Below are positions 27,509 to 36,831 of a stretch of 64,000 nucleotides of DNA, one piece after another. This DNA comes from Puniceicoccales bacterium (GTDB lineage: Bacteria > Verrucomicrobiota > Verrucomicrobiia > Opitutales > JAIRLM01), in the NCBI GenBank assembly GCA_031268315.1, contig JAIRXK010000014.1, forward strand, positions 1,919 to 65,918, in the 5' to 3' direction. Below the pieces are notes generated by a model, which was not told the origin of the DNA, made no database searches, and worked only from the letters and a program-made list of their open reading frames with translations. Within the stretch, counting starts at the first letter, position 1. The number at the start of each line of letters is the position of its first letter. Both the position numbers and the translations under genes were made by a program.

Positions 27509-28069
27509 TTACTGCGTATGTTTGCTTTCTAAAGATCTCAGAGCCACTTCGACGCGCCGCATTTCTCGGCGGGAAAATTTATCGAAAAATAGAATGCCAT
27601 TCAAATGGTCAATTTCGTGCTGCAGGCAACGGCCGAGCAGCTGATTTGCCTGAAGGACATGGAGATTTCCATCCGTACCATGGTAATTGATGGTAACCAT
27701 GCTTGGCCGTCCAACGCGGCCAAATACATCAGGAATGGACAAGCATCCTTCGATAGAAAATATCGTATCATTGGATTGTTCCACAATTATAGGATTAATG
27801 AGTTGCAATGGGAAAAATTTAGAAGCATCTTCCTGGCTCCAATCCACCCCGTCAAGCACAACAACTTTCTCCCGATTCCACTGGTGAGATGTATCAAGAA
27901 CACAAAGAGTCTTGTTGATGCCGATCTGAGGAGCGGCCAGTCCCACACCTTCGAATCCATACATGATGGCCAGCATTTTTTCCAGAAGGATTGGCAAATT
28001 TTTATCCGAAGTGTTCACGGGTGTATTGGATGCGCGCAGGCATGAATCTCCATAAAATTTCATTGTCAT
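27509..28069 (-). CDS. def: peptide deformylase
   Basis: All three Def motifs are present: GVGLAAPQIG, EGCLSIP and HEIDHLNG. The start is moved to the internal ATG (MTMKFYGDSCLR), because the longest ORF would abut the divergent gene with no intergenic space. Confidence 0.9.
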   Translation of the reverse strand: MTMKFYGDSCLRASNTPVNTSDKNLPILLEKMLAIMYGFEGVGLAAPQIGINKTLCVLDTSHQWNREKVVVLDGVDWSQEDASKFFPLQLINPIIVEQSNDTIFSIEGCLSIPDVFGRVGRPSMVTINYHGTDGNLHVLQANQLLGRCLQHEIDHLNGILFFDKFSRREMRRVEVALRSLESKHTQ

Positions 28070-28138
28070 TTCGAAATTATCGCCTAGGAATGATTCTAGT
28101 CCCGTCGTTTCGATTGGATCCATTAGATTCGATTTCAT

Positions 28139-28780
28139 ATGCTAAGTACTCCATTTAAAAGTCGTATTTCGAGAGAAGCTATCAACGTACTACCCATCCA
28201 GTACTTTGACGGCAAGATCATTTTCATTCAAAATCCACAAGATGCTGCCGAATGTGCGCGAAAAATTATGGAAGAAAAGTTGCTGGGATTTGATACGGAA
28301 ACCCGACCGGCGATGAAGAAAGGCGTCTACTACGATCCTGCCATTGTGCAAATTGCCACACCTTCGGAAGTCTATATTTTTCAGCTAAAAAATTGCGAAA
28401 ATCTCACACACCTGATACCCATATTTGAGTCGGAAAAGCACCTAAAAGTTTGCCAGGGAGTGCAGGATGATGTGCGGCGGCTAAAGCGCCTTAAATCATT
28501 TAATGCCAGGGGATTTATTGAGCTTTCGAAGGTCACGGAAGCCATTGCTATCGAGGACCATGGGCTAAAAAAATTAGCGGCCAACTTACTTGGTTTTCGC
28601 CTGTCAAAGAAGGAACAGACGTCCAATTGGGCTAGGGAAGACTTATCAGATCGGCAATTGCGCTATGCTGCCACGGATGCCTGGGTAAGTCGACGCATCT
28701 ACGAGGTGGCCACTGAATTTGCCTCACTTGGCTTGCGTGCCAGCACAGAAGAGAAAAAGGAAGAAGAAATTGTCGAGTAA
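28139..28780 (+). CDS. 3'-5' exonuclease domain protein (RNase D/WRN-like DEDD family)
   Basis: LGFDTETRP (ExoI), a VCQGVQDDVRRL block and RYAATDAW (ExoIII-like Y..D) occur in the order expected for DEDDy exonucleases. Confidence 0.7.
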   Translation: MLSTPFKSRISREAINVLPIQYFDGKIIFIQNPQDAAECARKIMEEKLLGFDTETRPAMKKGVYYDPAIVQIATPSEVYIFQLKNCENLTHLIPIFESEKHLKVCQGVQDDVRRLKRLKSFNARGFIELSKVTEAIAIEDHGLKKLAANLLGFRLSKKEQTSNWAREDLSDRQLRYAATDAWVSRRIYEVATEFASLGLRASTEEKKEEEIVE

Positions 28781-28794
28781 ATTTCGAAAAATTT

Positions 28795-29532
28795 TCAGGG
28801 AAGTACGCTGACGTGGCTGCAGGTGCTACGTGGTACGTAGACTTTTTGCTTGGTTGGCAATTCGACGAGAAATAATTCATTGCGCTGATCCTTAATGTCG
28901 ACGGGCGTGCCTTCTCGCACCATGCACATTGGTTTTCCATTCATGCTGGGAATGTCATAGGCAAGGGTCGATGCGATGATGATTCCATCGTCTGTTGACG
29001 CCGCATATGTGGTTAGTGCAAATATTGCAAAAAAACCGATGGCAATGGCAACGGCAAAGGAAATTTGACAGTGCTTCCTCAGCGGGGTCACAGTGATATG
29101 AAATGTCAGCGAGAATAATCCAAGCCACAGTGTGCCAATGAGTAGCAATATCCAAATTTTTGGAGAAAACAGGTGTCCAATAACGTAGCATGGGCCATAT
29201 TTTTGCACTGGGAGGTTATAATTTTTTAGAAGTATCTCGAGTCCATTGATGGTGGAAAAATTACAGGGATGTAAAATTAATGCGCGCCGTAGGTTTAAAA
29301 TGCAAGGGCCAAGGTGCCCCATTGCTGCCTCAGCAAGGGCCTTGTTAATGTAGACCTCTTCGCTTTGCCGAAGCGGTGGAATTTGATTATAGAGGCAAAT
29401 GGCTCCGGCGTAGTCATTTGCTTCATAAGCAGCATTCGCCAAGCAAAACAGATCCGCATCACTCACATCCTTCCCATTCAATTGCCGTAGTGCCGCGACG
29501 CATAGCAATGCACATGTAAAAAATAACCTCAT
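28795..29532 (-). CDS. TPR / transmembrane / SH3-like protein (BatE-like)
   Basis: N-terminal signal-like segment, TPR-like ANAAYEANDYAGAICLYNQ, two hydrophobic helices and a C-terminal SH3_3-like tail (GKPMCMVREGTPVDIKDQRNELFLVELP). Its start overlaps the upstream stop (ATGA at 29529-29532). Confidence 0.45.
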   Translation of the reverse strand: MRLFFTCALLCVAALRQLNGKDVSDADLFCLANAAYEANDYAGAICLYNQIPPLRQSEEVYINKALAEAAMGHLGPCILNLRRALILHPCNFSTINGLEILLKNYNLPVQKYGPCYVIGHLFSPKIWILLLIGTLWLGLFSLTFHITVTPLRKHCQISFAVAIAIGFFAIFALTTYAASTDDGIIIASTLAYDIPSMNGKPMCMVREGTPVDIKDQRNELFLVELPTKQKVYVPRSTCSHVSVLP

Positions 29533-31370
29533 AGATGGATCTCCTGAACGAATTCAACAATGCCTATGACATCAAAAAAATTTCTCTCCCGCTCCTTCAG
29601 TGTGGGCATCGGCACATTATGCTGTTTTATCCAATTTGGAGTCTTCATGTAGTGCACGATTTTTTTTGCAATTTCCCGCTTCTTTTTGTCATTGGAAAGA
29701 CGAAGAGATTCCAATAGTTCAGTGACAGATTCCTTTAGACCATTGCGAAAAACTGCGTAAATGGATGCTGCCACAACGGCTGATTTAAGGGCTTCGTAGT
29801 AGGCAACTAGATCTTTTTCATGCATAAGTCTGTAAGCCTTTTGAAGAATTCGCCTAATTTTTTCTATTTGCACATTTCTTAGGTCCACAAATTTGCGAAC
29901 CCCTACCTTGCGCCGCTTCCAGCGGCGCACATAGAAGACGGCAGTATAGTGAACATAGGTGCCGACGAGTAATCCCTGGATTATCCAAAACCAGTAGCTC
30001 CTCAAAAAGCTCAAATCGCTGAAATTCTGCGACGGTGAATTTAAATCTTTTTGCAATAAAATTTTTCCATCTAGTATTTCCTTTGGACGAAGAATTTTTC
30101 TTTCCTTTGTCCGGGCATCACCAAATTCTACGAGACAATCAAATTCACACTGAAGGGTCACATACTCGCGAGCCTTAGGGTCGAAGTATGCGAAGGTGAA
30201 TGGGGGTAAAAGAAACATATCCCTGCTAAGTGGAACAAGTGTATAGTGGAATTCTACAATTCCGGACAAACCAAGCGGGTCCAATGGCTGAATTGATTTT
30301 TGAGAGCGTTGAAGACGCCACTGGGAACCCAGAGAAAGGTCTGGCATACGCAAATCGCTCAAGTTTCCTACCCCTTGCACGCAAAAGATCACTTCAATGG
30401 GCTTTCCCACCCGAAGTGCCTTTCCGGTGCGAACTTTCGCAGGAAGGAGTTCAAATTGGCCAATGCCGCCGGAAAAATTCTTTGGCCGATTTTCCTCGGG
30501 AACAGGAATGGCAAGTAGCGAAATTTGTGGACTGCTAACGGTAAGCGGAATCCATTGCTGAGATTGGCCAAAGAGCTTGCCGTAGCCATTTGCCAATTCG
30601 GCCTTCGTTAAGTGGCTGATATTTTTATCGGGCAGGATGGCCGATATGCCGCATAGAAATGCGAGATCCTGGTTGCCTACGTCCTTTGCGCTGACAATTG
30701 TTCGCCATTTCTTTGTTTTATTTTTCGGCGACGGAGAAGAGATATATTTGGGCAATGGTAGGCCGATGTCACTGCCAACGTGAATTCCCTGGCCAATCTT
30801 CATCGGTTCTTCGAGGTCGAGGCGAAAGCGGACATTTTCACGCACATTGAGAGCAATGCTTACGGGGATTATTTGCCCAACATAGACGGTTTGGGTTGGC
30901 ACTTTGACGCTAAGATTGGCTGCCTTCAATAGCACCTTCCTTTCCATGTCTTCACCGATTGCCGGAATATTTTCGCGGACAGTCAGTGTTACGGGTGGTA
31001 TGGCAATTGCTTTTCCTCCGACAACAATCGCCGAAGAATTCAAACGAAAGGTGCCGCTCTGCTTTGGAATTATCAAGTAGATAAAGCGGCAATGAAATGG
31101 CAAAGCATCACCATCTTTTCCCATTTCATAGGCAACCTGAATGCGGCGGATATTGACATTTTCCATATGTACATCCGCCTCCATTGTTTGCTTAATTGAC
31201 GAATGAACATTGATTATTAGTCGTGAATGTCCATCGGCAAAAATTTCCGCGGGCTCAAAGGAAGCAGTGACGGAAAATTTTGGCTCGTCTCCACACAGGA
31301 AAACTCCGCCAATTGCCACATAGAGAAAGGCGTATACAGCCAGCATCCATCCCCTGCACACCGAAATCAT
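29529..31370 (-). CDS. BatD-like (oxygen-tolerance family) membrane protein
   Basis: 613 aa with an N-terminal hydrophobic segment, a long beta-rich extracytoplasmic part, a late TM (YWFWIIQGLLVGTYVHYTAVFYV) and a basic tail. The architecture and the pairing with the TPR/SH3 gene resemble batD-batE. Confidence 0.5.
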   Translation of the reverse strand: MISVCRGWMLAVYAFLYVAIGGVFLCGDEPKFSVTASFEPAEIFADGHSRLIINVHSSIKQTMEADVHMENVNIRRIQVAYEMGKDGDALPFHCRFIYLIIPKQSGTFRLNSSAIVVGGKAIAIPPVTLTVRENIPAIGEDMERKVLLKAANLSVKVPTQTVYVGQIIPVSIALNVRENVRFRLDLEEPMKIGQGIHVGSDIGLPLPKYISSPSPKNKTKKWRTIVSAKDVGNQDLAFLCGISAILPDKNISHLTKAELANGYGKLFGQSQQWIPLTVSSPQISLLAIPVPEENRPKNFSGGIGQFELLPAKVRTGKALRVGKPIEVIFCVQGVGNLSDLRMPDLSLGSQWRLQRSQKSIQPLDPLGLSGIVEFHYTLVPLSRDMFLLPPFTFAYFDPKAREYVTLQCEFDCLVEFGDARTKERKILRPKEILDGKILLQKDLNSPSQNFSDLSFLRSYWFWIIQGLLVGTYVHYTAVFYVRRWKRRKVGVRKFVDLRNVQIEKIRRILQKAYRLMHEKDLVAYYEALKSAVVAASIYAVFRNGLKESVTELLESLRLSNDKKKREIAKKIVHYMKTPNWIKQHNVPMPTLKERERNFFDVIGIVEFVQEIHL

Positions 31371-31503
31371 GACCCCATTTTGACACAGGAAAATGCAAAA
31401 ACAAGAGGAAATAAAAAAGTTTTTAAAAAATGATCATAAAAAAAGTTTTTTGTGAAAAATTGCTTGAATTTTCAATGGTTTGGCCATTCCATGGTGTCAT
31501 GAT

Positions 31504-33198
31504 ATGACGAATCGATGGGCTACTTTGATTTTTGGGATGGCACTACTGATTTTTGGCTGCTTCTTTCTTTATCCGCTGTTTGCGACCGTTAGAGGTGGTT
31601 TTTTTCACAGCGATGGCCGATTTACCTTTGCCTATCTTTGCGAGGTTTTTATCAATCCCATTTACATTCAATCCCTAAAAAATTCCCTCGCCATCGCGAT
31701 GATGACGACGTTGGTTGCCCTTGCCCTTGCCCTGCCGCTGGCATTTTTTTCCTGCCGCTATGAATTTCCGTTTAAGAAGGTGCTGTCAGCTCTTGTTTTG
31801 ACGCCTATGATACTTCCGCCATTTGTCGGCGCCATCGGCGTTTTAAAAATTTTTGGCTGCCACGGAGTGCTCAATGCGTTCCTCTACAAACTTGGCATTT
31901 TTTCCTCCCTTCCCACCATTGATTGGCTGGGGCGGTATAAATTTTGGAGCATCATTGCCTTCGAAGCGCTCAATCTCTATCCAATCCTCTACCTTAACAT
32001 TTCCGCGGCCATGGCCAACATTGATCCCGCCATGGAGGAGGCCGCTGCCAATCTCGGCTGTGCCGGACTAAAGCGCTTTTTCAAAATCACACTGCCCCTC
32101 ACTTGTCCCGGTGTCTTTGCGGGACTCACGCTGATCTTTATTTGGTCATTTACCGAATTGGGAGTTCCGCTCATTTTTAGCTATGATCGGGCTCTTCCGG
32201 TACAAATTTACAGCATGCTGCGGGAACTGGGAAACAATCCGTTTCCCTACGCATTGGCCACCGTGGTATTGCTGGTTTCTGCGTCCTTCTACCTTATAGG
32301 GAAAAAATTTCTCGGTCGTGAAAACGTAGCCATGCTGGCAAAGGCTTCCCATGGAAGCACATTTCGCCATGTGAGCTTTGGGAAAAAATTGTTTTGCACC
32401 ACATTCTTTTTTGTCGTTGTCGGCCTATCCCTGCTTCCGCACCTCGCTGTCATCGCCTATTCCTTCTCCAATGACTGGTTTGGTTCTCTTCTGCCCAATT
32501 CCTGGACGTTTCAAAACTACATATCGGCGCTCGGACATCCTCTTACCGTATCGGCTATTAAAAATAGCTTGATCTATGCGGGATTGGCAACATTTGGCGC
32601 AATTATTTTCGGCATGTTCATTGCATTTGTAGTGGCTCGAAGCCGCTTTTTTGGGGCGGGACTTTTGGATACGCTATCCATGCTGCCACTGGCCGTTCCT
32701 GGAATCATTATCGCCTTTGGATACCTGGTTATTAGCCAAAAGGGACACCTGTTTTTTTGCCTCAATCCCATTAATGATCCAACCATATTGCTTGCCATTG
32801 CCTATGGAATTCGCAAGTTGCCATTCATGGTGCGCGCCGCCGTCGCCGGCTTGCAGCAGACGAGTGTAACCTACGAGGAGGCGGCGGCCAGTTTGGGGAG
32901 CCGTCCCATCAATACCTGTTGGAAAATTACCCTACCACTTATCTTTGGAAATCTGATTGCCGGTGCTCTTCTCGTATTTTCTCAGACCATGCTGGAAGTT
33001 TCCGACTCCATGATTATTGCCCAAAAGCAACAATTTTATCCCATAACAAAGGCGATTTATGAAATGGTCAATCTGCTGGGCGATGGGCCATTCCTTGCCT
33101 GCGCACTCGGCGTCTGGGCTATGGCTTTTTTAGCAGTGACACTGTTTAGCACATCCCTGTTCATGGAGAAAAAAATTGGTGCTATTTTTAAAGTGTAG
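31504..33198 (+). CDS. ABC transporter permease, fused two-domain (iron(III)/thiamine-type)
   Basis: About 12 TM helices and two copies of the binding-protein-dependent permease EAA-like loop (AMEEAAANLGCAGLKRFFKITLPL and TYEEAAASLGSRPINTCWKITLPL). ATG at 31504 is preferred over the upstream TTG. Confidence 0.75.
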   Translation: MTNRWATLIFGMALLIFGCFFLYPLFATVRGGFFHSDGRFTFAYLCEVFINPIYIQSLKNSLAIAMMTTLVALALALPLAFFSCRYEFPFKKVLSALVLTPMILPPFVGAIGVLKIFGCHGVLNAFLYKLGIFSSLPTIDWLGRYKFWSIIAFEALNLYPILYLNISAAMANIDPAMEEAAANLGCAGLKRFFKITLPLTCPGVFAGLTLIFIWSFTELGVPLIFSYDRALPVQIYSMLRELGNNPFPYALATVVLLVSASFYLIGKKFLGRENVAMLAKASHGSTFRHVSFGKKLFCTTFFFVVVGLSLLPHLAVIAYSFSNDWFGSLLPNSWTFQNYISALGHPLTVSAIKNSLIYAGLATFGAIIFGMFIAFVVARSRFFGAGLLDTLSMLPLAVPGIIIAFGYLVISQKGHLFFCLNPINDPTILLAIAYGIRKLPFMVRAAVAGLQQTSVTYEEAAASLGSRPINTCWKITLPLIFGNLIAGALLVFSQTMLEVSDSMIIAQKQQFYPITKAIYEMVNLLGDGPFLACALGVWAMAFLAVTLFSTSLFMEKKIGAIFKV

Positions 33199-33417
33199 CG
33201 TTATTCCGCTCCAATGTGGGTAATTTGCGAAACATCCGTTGCGAGCGGGCGGTGCAGAAGGATTTTGTTCTGTGCTTCGGCGGCGAAATGTCTGAAAATT
33301 TCAATTTCTCAGACCCAGTTTTAATGTGGTGGCCATTGCAGTGGGCAGAAATGTCTTCTCTCGTGAGCATTTGCTGAAAGAATCGATTAAAAAATTTTAA
33401 ATTTTGCTTGCAGTTTC

Positions 33418-33426
33418 TGGTATAAT
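33418..33426 (+). promoter_or_regulatory. possible extended -10 promoter element (TGgTATAAT) upstream of the MATE gene
   Basis: TGGTATAAT lies about 85 nt upstream of the ATG at 33511. No good -35 hexamer is present. Confidence 0.3.
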
Positions 33427-33510
33427 CAATCTTTCAATGATGCAATAGGGTTTGTTGTTTTTCTGAAAAATATTTTAAACTGACAAATCGCACATCGGAA
33501 GAGGTGTTCT

Positions 33511-34869
33511 ATGAATAGTCAATTAACGCGACACAGGCCTGGATCCATATGGGAATTATGGACGCTTTCGTGGCCGCTGGTCATCGCATCAGCAGCAAAC
33601 ATGCTCATGCTTTTTGCCGATCGAGTTGTAATGTCAAAATATTCTTCCATTGCCTACCAATCTCTAACGGGGACAGCCACATGGTGGTGGGTATTCTACT
33701 GTACTTTGCTCAACATTGCATTGATTGCCGATGTATTTGTTGGCCGATACAATGCATCCAAGGAATACAAGAAAATCGGATCCGTCATCTGGCAGACACT
33801 TTGGTTTTCTGCCGCTACGTTTCCATTTCTCATAGCCATTGCCATTTGGGTGGCTCCGTATCTATTGGCGGAAAAGCTGCGCGAATGTGGGCTATCCTAC
33901 ATGCGTATTCTTTTGGTCAGTACCCCGATTTCCGTTGCTGCAGCGGGTGGATTTGGCGCATTTTTTACGGGCCAAGGAAAGACGCGCACCATCCTATACA
34001 TCGCCGCTGCCTGCAATGTCATCAACATTCTACTAGACCTTCTCTTCGTCTTTGGATTTGGCCCATTTCCTGAGCGAGGTGTGACGGGAGCTGGCATTGC
34101 AACGGCACTTACGCAAATTATCGAATTTGCGGCTTTCGCTGCCATCATTTTTCGGAAAAAAAATGCAGAGAAGTATGGAATATTTAAGTGGCGCTTCGAT
34201 GGAAAAATCATTCGTCAACTTCTCCACATTGGCCTTCCAAATGCCGCCGATTGCTTTATCAACGGCATTTTGTGGAGCTGTCTCATTCAGGTGGCAGCAA
34301 TGCAGGTTAGCCATGAGCAATTTTCCGTTTTTTGCATATGCCATTCCATCTTTTGCCTGCTTTTTTTCTACAGTGAAGGAATTGGCCAAGGAGTAGCCAT
34401 TGTTCTATCCAACGCCTATGGATCGCGAAATTGGCAAATGGCACGGTCCAATACCCACTCGTGGACTTATCTAACACTGATTGCTGCGGTGGCATCGTTT
34501 TTCATATTGGTTATCTATCCTGATCCCATCGTTTCCATGCTGCGACCATCCGATTCTGTAATTTCTCCATCGATCCTATTTCACATGCTTATTTTGATGT
34601 GGATTTGCTTTGTGATGGAAAGCTATGCCTTCAATTTGCGCATGGGACTAACGGCATTTGGGGATACCCGTTTCATCATGTTTGCCAATTGTCTGTGCTA
34701 CAGCATATTTTTCGCGATACCCGGCTACATTGGCCTTTACATTTACCATGATGTACGAGTTGTTGGAATGGCTTGGGCGGCCTGCTATACGGCATTGAGC
34801 ATCATTTGCTTTCCCCGCTTGCTACGAAATTTTCGCATCAAGGAAAATTCCGCAAAGAAGCTAAAATAA
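33511..34869 (+). CDS. MATE family efflux transporter
   Basis: 452 aa with about 12 TM helices. The N-terminus (LWTLSWPLVIASAANMLMLFADRVVMSKYS) is typical of NorM/MATE proteins. Confidence 0.75.
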   Translation: MNSQLTRHRPGSIWELWTLSWPLVIASAANMLMLFADRVVMSKYSSIAYQSLTGTATWWWVFYCTLLNIALIADVFVGRYNASKEYKKIGSVIWQTLWFSAATFPFLIAIAIWVAPYLLAEKLRECGLSYMRILLVSTPISVAAAGGFGAFFTGQGKTRTILYIAAACNVINILLDLLFVFGFGPFPERGVTGAGIATALTQIIEFAAFAAIIFRKKNAEKYGIFKWRFDGKIIRQLLHIGLPNAADCFINGILWSCLIQVAAMQVSHEQFSVFCICHSIFCLLFFYSEGIGQGVAIVLSNAYGSRNWQMARSNTHSWTYLTLIAAVASFFILVIYPDPIVSMLRPSDSVISPSILFHMLILMWICFVMESYAFNLRMGLTAFGDTRFIMFANCLCYSIFFAIPGYIGLYIYHDVRVVGMAWAACYTALSIICFPRLLRNFRIKENSAKKLK

Positions 34870-34992
34870 ATGCCCAATGACAAGTGAGTAGTAGGAATTT
34901 TAGGCATTTTTGACAAAAATACCTGGTGGGGAATGGCAAAATTTCTTACGGCCGGTTGCCTCTTTCTGCAAAATCCACACTCATTTTGGTAT

Positions 34993-35454
34993 TTAAGAGG
35001 AAGATGAAATTTCTGCCGTTCCCGCAATGCCATCCCAAATTTCCTTATCTTTCTCGGTAAAAGTATTGCAATAGACAGTGATATTTGTATCCTCTAGTAT
35101 ATCGAATACATCCTTAAAAATTTCCAAATAAATATCGGATGAATTTTCATATATGCCGGCACCAATTAGCGTAAATGCGATGGAAACTGGTTTCGGGGGC
35201 GTTGATTTACCTTGCTCTGCCCTCCAGACGGCCTTTGCTGCATAGGCGAGGGATAGATATTGTTTCCTATCATAATTAATGCACAATTTCCTAAACTCAT
35301 TTTTTTCATCACCCTCTTCTAAATTTGCATTGCCGCCGTGTAGGGAGGATGTGCACGCGTACATATTCATATTTCCTTCCTCATCCACGTAAATGTTGGG
35401 TAGAATGGCGGTTTTGCCGACATTTTTTCCAAAATTTTCATTAATTTTCTTCAT
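34993..35454 (-). CDS. ORF fragment, macro-domain-like C-terminal part
   Basis: VSIAFTLIGAGIYENSSD resembles the macro-domain SIAFPxISTGxYGxP block. Motif-level resemblance only. Confidence 0.4.
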   Translation of the reverse strand: MKKINENFGKNVGKTAILPNIYVDEEGNMNMYACTSSLHGGNANLEEGDEKNEFRKLCINYDRKQYLSLAYAAKAVWRAEQGKSTPPKPVSIAFTLIGAGIYENSSDIYLEIFKDVFDILEDTNITVYCNTFTEKDKEIWDGIAGTAEISSSS

Positions 35455-35460
35455 TATATT

Positions 35461-36057
35461 TCACCGATTCCCCTTTATTGTGCTCAGCCTAAATGTTACT
35501 TGACTTTTATCCAGCTCTATATTACCGGATCTATTTGTGTTTAGGTCATTAAAGCCCTTCACAGCCGATGGCGGCGGATTCTTAGCGTGACATGCGTGCC
35601 ATCGAATGCATGCAAAGGTGAAATTGTCCGGTCCCAGGGAACTGCTCGGACCTTGGCTAGGGTCGTAGAAGTGATTTCGAAAATCTTTTCTTCCATCTAC
35701 GCCATTATCTCCCCAATTCATTTCATTGGCTCCTTGAATGATTTTAATGTCTTCTTTCATGAGAAAACTCAGATTGCTTCCGGGGGCATTGTTTAGCATT
35801 ACAAACTTTGATCTATTTTCATTTTCGGGTTTTTTCTCAGGTGAAGCTATCTCTTCGGTCCGGTTTTCCAATACTTCCACCGATGAACCAATTCCGTTCA
35901 TTGCAAGACTTTTCAAATCATTCATTGATTTTGGTTGGAGAAAATTTGGATTTCTTGCGACAAATTTCCTTACTGTACTGTTAAATGCAGCGTAGATGGG
36001 ATGGGCTCGCTGGGTTTTATCGTCGAAGCAGTTTGCCAAATATCTAATATGGCGCAT
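35461..36057 (-). CDS. ORF fragment of the composite gene
   Basis: 198-aa ORF in frame with 34993..35454 across a single TGA. No family recognised. Confidence 0.4.
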   Translation of the reverse strand: MRHIRYLANCFDDKTQRAHPIYAAFNSTVRKFVARNPNFLQPKSMNDLKSLAMNGIGSSVEVLENRTEEIASPEKKPENENRSKFVMLNNAPGSNLSFLMKEDIKIIQGANEMNWGDNGVDGRKDFRNHFYDPSQGPSSSLGPDNFTFACIRWHACHAKNPPPSAVKGFNDLNTNRSGNIELDKSQVTFRLSTIKGNR

Positions 36058-36298
36058 GTAATCTGGAAAGTTCTTTTCAGTTTTATCTCCATCATTTTTA
36101 TATATTTTATCATACTCCGGCCTATATTTTTATTTTTTTTGCCATTATTTACGGGAGCTGTTTCAGCTTTTCTCATGCGCATAAATGGACATGCCTTGGC
36201 AAGCTTCATGAAACTTGTATTAAATTCTTTTAGTGTCTGAAGGGTTTCATTCGGAGCACTGGCACTTGACCCAAATATATCCAATTGATTTTTCTGAT

Positions 36299-36820
36299 TT
36301 AAAATCTTTTCGAGTTCTGCGCAAGCATTTGCAAAATCTTGCAAAGCCACATTTTTTTTAATGTATGAGATTGGCACATGCCTGGATTTTTTTCTTCATA
36401 CGTTTGTGTGTACTTCATAATTTCATCACTGAAATTATTTGTATTCCATAATATTATATCATGATTTGCGGAAAGAGGCGCATACTTTTTTTTTCTTCTC
36501 TTTCGAAACATTGTAATAGCAGAATGTATCAAAAGCGATCCCAAAATGGCCGAGAGGATTATAAGCAAAACGGGTTGCGCACATACCGCTATCATTCCAA
36601 ATATTATATCCGCAATACAAAATACACTAACACTTATTAGGGCAATTCCAATGCAAGCCGTTGTTACTCTATGTCGCATACTAAGTGGCTTAGATTCAGT
36701 GTTCCCGGTAGGGCCGTCAATCTGTAACAAGTGCGGATATGATGAACCACCAACCCTACCTGAGTGTAGGACAAAATTTTCAAAAAGCAATGGGGAAATT
36801 TTTTTAGATCGACCGATCAA
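36299..36820 (-). CDS. ORF fragment / small membrane protein with bilobed hydrophobic domain (Inc-like), immediately downstream of sctU
   Basis: VTTACIGIALISVSVFCIADIIFGMIAVCAQPVLLIILSAILGSLLIHSAITMF forms two hydrophobic lobes. It starts 11 nt after the sctU stop. Confidence 0.5.
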   Translation of the reverse strand: MIGRSKKISPLLFENFVLHSGRVGGSSYPHLLQIDGPTGNTESKPLSMRHRVTTACIGIALISVSVFCIADIIFGMIAVCAQPVLLIILSAILGSLLIHSAITMFRKRRKKKYAPLSANHDIILWNTNNFSDEIMKYTQTYEEKNPGMCQSHTLKKMWLCKILQMLAQNSKRF

Positions 36821-36831
36821 ATTGCATTCAT

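Larger units (their letters stand above)
34993..36820 (-). pseudogene. composite disrupted gene: N-terminal bilobed hydrophobic domain plus C-terminal macro-like region
   Basis: Four consecutive minus-strand ORFs (36299..36820, 35970..36377, 35461..36057, 34993..35454) overlap or abut. Adding one A in the A8 run (plus-strand T8, 36353-36360) joins frames 1 and 2. Adding one A in the A5 run next to the A8 run (plus-strand T8, 36133-36140) joins frames 2 and 3. The last two ORFs are in frame, split by the TGA at 35461-35463. Confidence 0.6.

Noticed and set aside
28063-28139. Back-to-back start codons of def and the exonuclease gene (longest ORFs meet at 28138/28139)
   Set aside because: The Def family N-terminus aligns with the internal ATG at 28069 (MTMKFYGDSCLR). 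Using it restores a roughly 70-nt divergent promoter region, so no real overlap needs to be invoked.
33549-34073. 174-aa alternative-frame ORF inside the MATE gene, and similar internal ORFs in the ABC permease, rho and murJ
   Set aside because: These are overlapping frames within well-supported conserved genes, with Arg/Cys/His-rich products typical of off-frame translation.
34993-35454. Firm annotation as a macro-domain / PARG-like ADP-ribose hydrolase
   Set aside because: Only one short block (SIAFTLIGAGIYE) resembles the family. The GGG...QEE or N..N..GGG nucleotide-binding signatures are not evident, and the gene is disrupted. It is kept only as a hypothesis inside the composite-gene finding.
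3027-35463. An alternative genetic code (TGA as a sense codon) to explain the in-frame TGAs at 3027, 4131 and 35461
   Set aside because: TGA terminates conserved genes at their expected lengths (rplM at 59326, murJ at 61920, the HIT gene at 49622-49624). In-frame TAG and TAA lesions also occur. The standard bacterial code with pseudogenisation is the simpler reading.
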